Shown here piece after piece: positions 56,165 to 64,000 of a stretch of DNA of 64,000 nt. The DNA is taken from contig OZ024740.1 in assembly GCA_964016885.1 (NCBI GenBank), positions 374,480,001-374,544,000 on the forward strand, read 5' to 3'. Positions within the stretch are counted from its first letter, which is position 1. Each line of letters starts with the position of its first letter. The notes beneath the pieces are model-generated. The model was given only the letters and a program-made list of their open reading frames with translations. It ran no database searches and was not told the DNA's origin. The stretch comes from Eledone cirrhosa (Eukaryota). The position numbers and the translations under genes were made by a program.

Positions 56165-57118
56165 ATAAATGAGCGGAGCAAGCAATTATCAAACAATCTT
56201 TTAAATGAATTAAACAAACGATTTAAATATTCACCTGTTCTATTGCTGTCACCGTCGGTTTCACTAATGAAAAGAGAATTTCCAATGGAAATAATTAGAT
56301 TATCAGACAGCTATTTCCATACTATAAGGGTGGAAAGCCATATAGTAAGTGAATATTTCGCTTACTGCCCGAGGCATGCGGTCAAGCCGTTGAAGTGACG
56401 CACACGCAAAATTAGGCGTCAATTAAAAGCGGGTTATTATAAACTTGCTGATCATGCCGCTAAAAATAGCAGCGAGATACAACGTTTTGTTTCTACATAA
56501 GGAGAACAATTATAAAAGGGTATGGATATTCCAACAGGCACTAGGTACCTACAGAAATGTGCATGGTGTTTATAATACTTATGGTTCGATGGTACTAATT
56601 TGAGATACCAGAACTATAAAAATGAGAGGAGCAAGCAATTATCAAACATTCTTTTAAATAAATTAAAAAACGATTTAAATATTTACCTGTTCTATAGCTG
56701 TTACCGACGGTTTCACTAATCAAAAGACTGGAAATCCAGAGGATTTCCAATGGTAAGAATTAGATCTTCAGGCAGCTATTTCCATAGTATAAGGGTACAA
56801 AACCTCATTTTTAGCGGCATGATCAGCAAGTTTATAATAACCCGCTTTTACATGTGGACTAATTTTGCGTGTGCGTCGCTTCAGCGGCCTGACCGTATGC
56901 GGTGGCAGTAAGCGAAATACTGACTTACTACGAGTTTTGCACCCTTATAGTATGGAAATAGCTGTCTGAAGATCTAATTCTTTCCATTGGAAATTCTCTG
57001 AATTTCCAATCTTTTGATTAGTGAAACCGTCGGTAACAGCAATAGAACAGGGGCATCTTTAAATCGTTATTTAATTTATTTAAAATATTGTTTGATAATT
57101 GCTTTATTCGCTCATTTA
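56165..57118. repeat. Family K: ~452-nt tandem unit plus inverted arm, three HHRs
   Basis: 56167-56345 is repeated at 56620-56800. 56805-57118 is the rc of 56167-56470. HHRs at 56245-56311 (-, decayed), 56697-56776 (-) and 56961-57040 (+). Another piece starts at 63914. Confidence 0.85.
56961..57040 (+). ncRNA. Type I HHR with extended stem II
   Basis: GCUGU-CUGAAGA-U-CUAAUU..AUUGGAAAUUC-UCU-GAAUUUCCAAU..GAUUAG-U-GAAA-CC-GUC-GG-UA/ACAGC. Confidence 0.8.
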
Positions 57119-57124
57119 TATATA

Positions 57125-57195
<71 letters not shown>

Positions 57196-57198
57196 TTT

Positions 57199-57240
<42 letters not shown>

Positions 57241-57471
57241 AATCAAGTTAAAAAGTTTAAAAAAATTACATCTACGTATGCATACTGAAATACTAGTGTG
57301 TATATGAATACACACACGTATACATATGTATATGTAACAAGTCTTTCACTGGTTGCTTTACTGTGAGCACCCAGCTATTCTGTATGTAAACACACAGACA
57401 AACTGGTTTTTAGAGTCATACTGGTTTTTGAGGGAACACCTTCCCTCTATTCTCCAGAAAGCCAGACAAGG

Positions 57472-57516
57472 AATATTGAACTAGTTTCGTTGTTGTTACA
57501 ACTCATCAGCAATATT
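57472..57516 (-). ncRNA. Minimal type I HHR, family H
   Basis: rc: AAUAUUG-CUGAUGA-GUUG-UAACAA-CAAC-GAAAC-UA-GUU/CAAUAUU. Confidence 0.85.
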
Positions 57517-57821
57517 TACCTATCTACCGGCCTTTCTGGAGAATTGTAAAAGCACATATCGTTATATGCTTTTTCTATGAAAATTAGTAGTGGGCAGACT
57601 AATTTGCATAGAGTGTGAGTACGCACCGGTTCAGCGGAGACGATAAAAACAAATGACGAAACGAAATTAAATTTCGTTTCGTTTGTAACTCACTTTTGTA
57701 TGACTGACGCTTAAACAATCAAGTTAAAAAGTTTAAAAAAATTACATCTACGTATGCATACTGAAATACTAGTGTGTATATGAATACACACACGTATACA
57801 TATATATATATATATATATAT

Positions 57822-60800
57822 AACGGCGATGAATTAGTTTTGCGAGGTTTTTGATATGAAATAGTGTGTCGAAACAAGTATTTTTATATTTGGGGAGGGT
57901 CATATTTTTGTAATATTGCAAGAATTAATAACAGAACTCACTCACTGTTTGGTTGGTTTTCGCTTTTCGCTTCTGTGTCCTTTATATCGGTTAATTTAAT
58001 TCATTCAGTCCTCAGTGTTACCATTGACTGACCAACGGTCAAACATACAGATACAGTATAGACACAAACACATATATATAGTCTATCAAAGTTATTTCGT
58101 TGCACATCTGCAACTTAGTCAGTGGTGCTATTGTCCTCCCGTTGCATTGTATGTCTACGCCATCTTTATTTAGTCTGTTTATATATTTATTTATTTGTTT
58201 ATTTTTTGTCTTCTTTGCGCATGCGTTTGCGTGTGTGTATAGTGTTTTGTTTGATATGTGTTCGTGTTTGGGTGACTGTGTATTGGTTAATGAATTCTAT
58301 CTTTACTAGTGTGTGTTTATATGTGTTTGTTGTTATTGTGCTTGTGTATGTATTTATTTATGTATTTATTTATTGATTTATACTTCTCTTAGGTCAGTGT
58401 TGTTTGTTTGGGTGTTGTTATTCCATTCATTTTTTTCTGTTTAGCCTTGGCCTTCTAACTTCTATTTCACTGGCCTCTCTGATTTGCCTATCTGCCGGGT
58501 CATTTCTATGTTTAGATATTATTCTAATTTCTATGTTGTCTATGTTACCGCCTTGTTGTTGTCTGGCATGTTCGTATAGTACTAAACCGTTTTTTCGTCC
58601 TTTTAATTCCTTCCAGTGTTGGTCTATCCTTTCACCAATGCTACGAGCCGTCTCGCCTATGTATGTTGTTGTCATGTTTCTGCAAGTATCCTCTGTACAT
58701 CTTATGCTATTTACTACGTTTCTAGTTTTACAGTTTATCCGTTGTTTACTTTACATATGATACATTTCTTATTATTACAGTGGGTTTTCTTAAAAGTGTA
58801 GGTTTTGCTGATCAGGTATTTTATGGTGGTTCCTGGCTTTTCTACCACCTTAATCTTTAACTGGGTCTTTCTCAAGTCCTTTCTACACTGGTCAGCTAAT
58901 TTCCCTCCAGGGGTAGCGTCCACAAACTTGACACTCAGGTATCTCTGGTTGTCACACCATGAGGTGGCTTTCCCTATCTTATGTCTAGCCCTATCTAAGC
59001 TATTCCATCATTTGCTCTTGTATAATGGGCAAATTCCTTTCATGTCCAGTTCTATGAGGGTCTTATACTTCTACGTGGCTCCTTCGCATACTCTGATTCT
59101 GTCTCTTTGGTTGTAGCCAGAGAACTGCATGCGGTTGGTGAAGTGTTGGATGTGTCTTTCCATTTCTGTTGGGCCGCGTTCTTCATCACTCGTACCAAGT
59201 CTGCGATCAGAATATTAAACATAACACTACTGGAAATTGCTGAGTTTTTGAGTATCAGGTATTTGGAGGCCATGGGTTTAGTATAGTGTGGGTGGAGTAT
59301 TTGGGGTCTCTCGTCTATAGTGTTAATCCATAGTTCCGTGTCTAATACAGGTAGTCTATTGTTAGGGTGTTTGGAAGGGTAGTTGATAGTTACAGGTATA
59401 CTCTGATGTATGGAATTAGTTATCTGCTGGATGCTTTCCATTGTGCTACGTTCTAAATCAAACTTGTAAAACTAGAAACGTAGTCTATAGCATAAGATGT
59501 ACAGAGGGTACTTGCAGAAACATGACAACAACATACATAGGCGAGACAGATCATAGCATAGGTGAAAGGATAGCCCAACACGGGGGGGGGGGGGGAACTA
59601 AAAGGGCGAAAAACGGTTCAGTACTATACGAACATGCCAGACAACAACACGACGGTAACATAGACAACATAGAAATTATAATAATATCTAAACATAGAAA
59701 TGAGACAGTAGATACGAAAATCAGAGAGGCCATTGAAATAGAACCTAGAAGGCCAAGGCTAAACAGAAAAAATGAATTGAATAACAACACGAAAACAAAC
59801 AACACTGACCTATGAGAAGTATAAACAAATAAATACATAGATAAATAAATACATACACAAGCACAATAACAACAAACACATATAAACACGCACTAGTAAA
59901 GATAGAATACATTAACAAATACAAAGTCACCCAAACACGAACACACATCAAACAAAACACTATACCCAAACGCAAACGCATGCGCAAAGAAACAAAAAAA
60001 TAAACAAATAAATATATAAACATACTAAATAAAGATGGCGTAGACATACAGTGCAACGGGAGGAAACAATAGCACCACTGACGGTGTTGCAGATGTGCAA
60101 CGAAAGAAATTGATAGACTATATATATGTGTTTGTAGTGACCTACATTCCGCGGGCTCATACATTCTCTGTGCGTGATTTGGCTCAGCTCAGCCAATCAG
60201 CGCCAGTACAAGAGGATGTATCCCTACGCGTTCTGAGGGAGAAATAGCCCGCATAGATTTGAGGACGCTAACACTCGCAGCTGGACAATGCTAAGATAAT
60301 ACACACTTGTTCTTTTGCTCCGTAAGCACAAACAATATGTAACTACAAAACATTACCTACGAGCCTGGCCAAACGCATTCAGCCAGACGCTCGTATTTTC
60401 TCTTGTAATCTTAATTGATTTGTTTTATTTCTCTTGGCATGCCAGCTCAACCTCTGTTAATATATGATGTAAAACCAAGCTAAAGTCGTTGTCGATATTC
60501 CTATCATATCTTTCTACCAAACCTGGTTCCTCGTGGTGACATTACAACTCTCTAAACAATTCTCCGCTAAATTGGTACTTATATACCTCAACCAAATTGG
60601 TGACTTATATTCAACAAAGAGAAATATTCCTTTCCATTATTGGCGTCCCTCGACGATTAAGAATGGACACGCAGCCTATTTGAATTAGCCATTCGTTTTA
60701 ACGGCAATGTGGAATGGCTTAACATTTGGAATGTTCGAATCGGGTAGCTAGACTCACTTAGCGTAAGTCCATAAAATTCATAATATTCCATTTGTTGAAG

Positions 60801-63102
60801 CACGCATACAGACAAACACAAAAATACAACACAAAAAAAAAAATAATTAAAAGAAACATGATTTCTCTGGATGGGGAATTTTGCGTTCGGCGTTCTGTTA
60901 AAAGTACAAATGGAGACTCAGAAATTTTGTTTTCCCGCGTTCAGCTTGTCTTCTTCAATCCCAGCCATCTAATTGGCTGCATCGTGCCACATGACGGCTT
61001 CTTCATCACGGACAAATTTTTCGATCGGCCATCATCGAAAATCATTTTTTTTTCTTTAGAATATTTTCAAATTTTCTTTAGAACATTTTTGGAAAAAAAA
61101 TTAGCATTATTTCAAAAACTTTACGCCACGAGGAAATTTCAAAACGGCTACCACCAACTACCAGCCATCAGCAGCAACACATGGCTAACTATTAACCAAC
61201 ACCAGGAAACGGCTTGTAACTTTACCGACGCAACCACAATACCTTCTGTCTCGTTACCACAAGGACTCGAGAAATTAAGACATTAGCTTTCTCACCATTA
61301 TGGCGTCAGACGTGGGTGCCATATCGGTGACGCTAGGTTCTTCAACGCTCGACTTCTACTCTACAGAAGATTCATTGTGACTTTGCTTTGGCAGCAGCAA
61401 CAACTCTGCTGGCTCCCTAGTAAGAGCGTTCCCAAAGAAAAAAGAAGCGAACTTTTTGTTAATGGAAAAGAAACAATTCTTTCTTTCTTCCTTTTTTTTT
61501 CAGGCATTTATTTTGGACATTTATTTTTTTTAAACTGTATTATATGAACATTCATTTTTCTCTATCATTGTATATGTAACCGCACGCACACATTTTCTTT
61601 GCTGTATTACATGCCTGCATATATACACACACCAACATGGTGTTGTCTATAGTATATCATCTTCAAGCGTCGTAATATTCTGCGAGATCCCTTTTCACCT
61701 TCTGGAGGTACCAAAACATGCTATCGACACTTGCAGCTTAATTCTCCTGCACCGCAACACGAGAATGCTAATTGCTGCTGAACTCAAACAGTTTCGCATC
61801 TCGTTGCACATTCATCGTCCATAACAGCCTCTATATTGTTATCTTACCCAACTCACTGGGAAAACAACAAATAGAACTGGACTTGTCAGCATTTCCACCA
61901 CTTCTGTGGATTCGCCCGAATTATGGGACTGCTACCCACCTACAGATTCAGCTTGCTTTTTTTCTTATCAAAGCAACCAGCCATTTTTTCCTGGCTCCCT
62001 AGCACATTTGGCAATACATCTCGGAGGCCAACATTTTCTCGCCTACTCATCATCATCTTGCCAGCACTGGTAAACTACCATAATAGCTTCGTCCACAGTT
62101 ACTGGTACAACACTTACCATTAACATTTAATGCAAGAACAGCAACTTCGCCCATGTCAGACTTTATCTGTTTTCTTGTAGACCTTTGGTGGTCACGTATA
62201 AACTACAAAACAGCTAGTCATTTGACAGCGGCTCAACGCGGCCCGTCGCGCCTCATTTTTTGTTCTTCTTTTCTTTCTTGCATGCATATTTCTGCTTAAT
62301 TATTTTTTCACTGATGTGCTCTTTCAGCATTTGTTCTTGCTGATTCAATAATCTGTGGGTTCTCGGCTTCATCGTTAACGATTTTCGGCTAAAAATTTGC
62401 TTGGAGGTGATGTAGTGACCTACATTCCGCGGGCTCACATACATTCGCTGTGCGTCATTTGGTTCAGCCAATCAGCGCCAGTACAAGAGGATGTATCCCT
62501 ACGCGTTCTGGGGGAGAAATAGCCCGCAAAGATTTGAGGACGCTAACACTCGCAGCTGGACCATGCTAAGGTAAAAAACGCTTGTTCTTTTGCTCCGTAA
62601 GCACAAACAATATGTAACGACAAAACATTACCTACGAGCCTGGCCAAACGCCTTCAGCCAGTCGCCCGTATTTTCTCTAGTAATCTTAATTGATTTGTTT
62701 TATTTCTCTTGGCATGCCAGCTCAACCTCTGTTAATAAATAATGTAAAACCAAGCTAAAGTCGTTGTCGATATTCCTATCATGTCTTTCTACCAAACCTG
62801 GTTCCTCGTGGCGACATTACAACTCTCTAAACAATTCTCCGCTAAATTGGTACTTATATACCTCAACCAAATGGGTGACTTATATTGAACAAAGAGAAAC
62901 ATTCCTTTCCTTTATGTTTGTGTGTATATTGTATCTGTATGTTTGACCGTTGGTCAGTCAATGGCAACATTGAGGACCGAATAAATTAAATTAACCGATA
63001 TAAAGGACACAGAAGCGAAAAGCGAAAACCAACCAAACAGTGAGTGTGTTCTTTTATTAATTCTGGCAATATTACACAAATATAAACCTCCCCAAGTATA
63101 AC
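57822..63102. mobile_element. Neptune-like PLE as an inverted repeat (right arm interrupted by an LTR element)
   Basis: The minus arm encodes NYPSKH.NNRLPVLDTELW..YTKPMAS..SA and GIY-YIG NVV..I.C..YIGETARSIGERI..RQIREA. Arms are 57886-58730 versus 59465-60132 plus 62915-63102. Confidence 0.85.
60133..62914 (+). mobile_element. Non-autonomous LTR retrotransposon (Gypsy-like)
   Basis: LTRs at 60133-60639 and 62411-62914. PBS TGGCGTCCCT at 60641, purine-rich GGAGGTGA before the 3' LTR, and TSD TGTT. No pol recognisable. Confidence 0.88.
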
Positions 63103-63103
63103 A

Positions 63104-63138
<35 letters not shown>

Positions 63139-64000
63139 CAAATGTGTGAAATTCGGAGTGAGCTGGACATCAATTGCTTTATATACGTATTGTTTTATTC
63201 AAACGCAGCTGACGGAGGACTATGGATAACTACTCTGGATTTCCCCTATAATATTCACAAAAGTAATTGAATTGAAGGAGCCTGAAAAGTGTTGAAATTT
63301 AAGTATCTTATAGAGCTAACGCCAGCTGCGTATGAATACATTTATGTATGAATACATTTATGTATTCTACATTGAATAGATATGCAATTTACTGGTGTAT
63401 CTTATAAATGAACATTAGAATGTTCTTTAATCAAAATAGCAAAATATCAAAATATTAGATTACAATGACAAACATTTTCAAACTTAGAGGCTGCAAGTGT
63501 GTCTGTTTCGAACCGTAACCTAGCCAGAGAAACCTACAGAATGAATGTGCGTACGCATATGTTAAATATAGGAATCACAATGGCTTGGGATATAGAAGTA
63601 AGCTCTAGCATATGTATGCAGGATTTTAGAAATTGGGAGTTGACTACATTAGGTAAACTGGACCGAAGGCAAAAGAGCAGACCTTGATCAGTCCTGTTGC
63701 GCGAGGCCAGCGATTCGTGATATAAAAGGACCCCACGAACTGGGACATATACTGAGAAGTGGTCAACGGAGGGATATGACAAGCGACGGCGGTATCCATG
63801 ACGAGTGGTATATCATTCACATTTTCAGTGAACCGGTCAGCAAATAGTGGCTTACGATGAACATGGACCCGCAAAAAAGAAAAGAACATCAGATACACTA
63901 AATATATATATATCTAGTGCCTGTTGGAATATCCATACCCTTATATATATATATGAAAAAGAACACAAGAGCGTCTACAACATCAACAGATTTTTATTGG

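Noticed and set aside
60792-61286. 164-aa ORF as an intact gag
   Set aside because: It crosses A- and T-runs and has only a faint DRPS-like similarity. Treated as a decayed remnant at best.

Overview
This is AT-rich animal genomic DNA, probably an octopod cephalopod (inferred from the tRNA-SINE type and the (TA)n/(CA)n load). I found no supportable host gene; most ORF-track entries are microsatellite read-through. The window is a retroelement graveyard cut into modules by (TA)n tracts. It holds six Naiad-type and two other Penelope-like element (PLE) copies, relics of mariner, RTE, CR1, L1/Tx1, CRE and R4/Dong, a SINE, a Helitron-like element and a non-autonomous LTR element. The striking unannotated layer is RNA structure. 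Reading by eye, I find roughly 35 hammerhead ribozyme (HHR) motifs, intact or decayed, from more than 10 unrelated families. They sit in PLE pseudo-LTRs and in short non-coding retrozyme-like units with periods of about 316-320, 452 and 601 nt. Several families carry non-canonical cores (U3:A8 swap, U4C) or long stem-II insertions. Many modules share one layout: two element 3' ends facing outward into (TA)n, with one arm longer than the other. All folds were derived by hand and none is tested; coordinates are approximate to a few nt.
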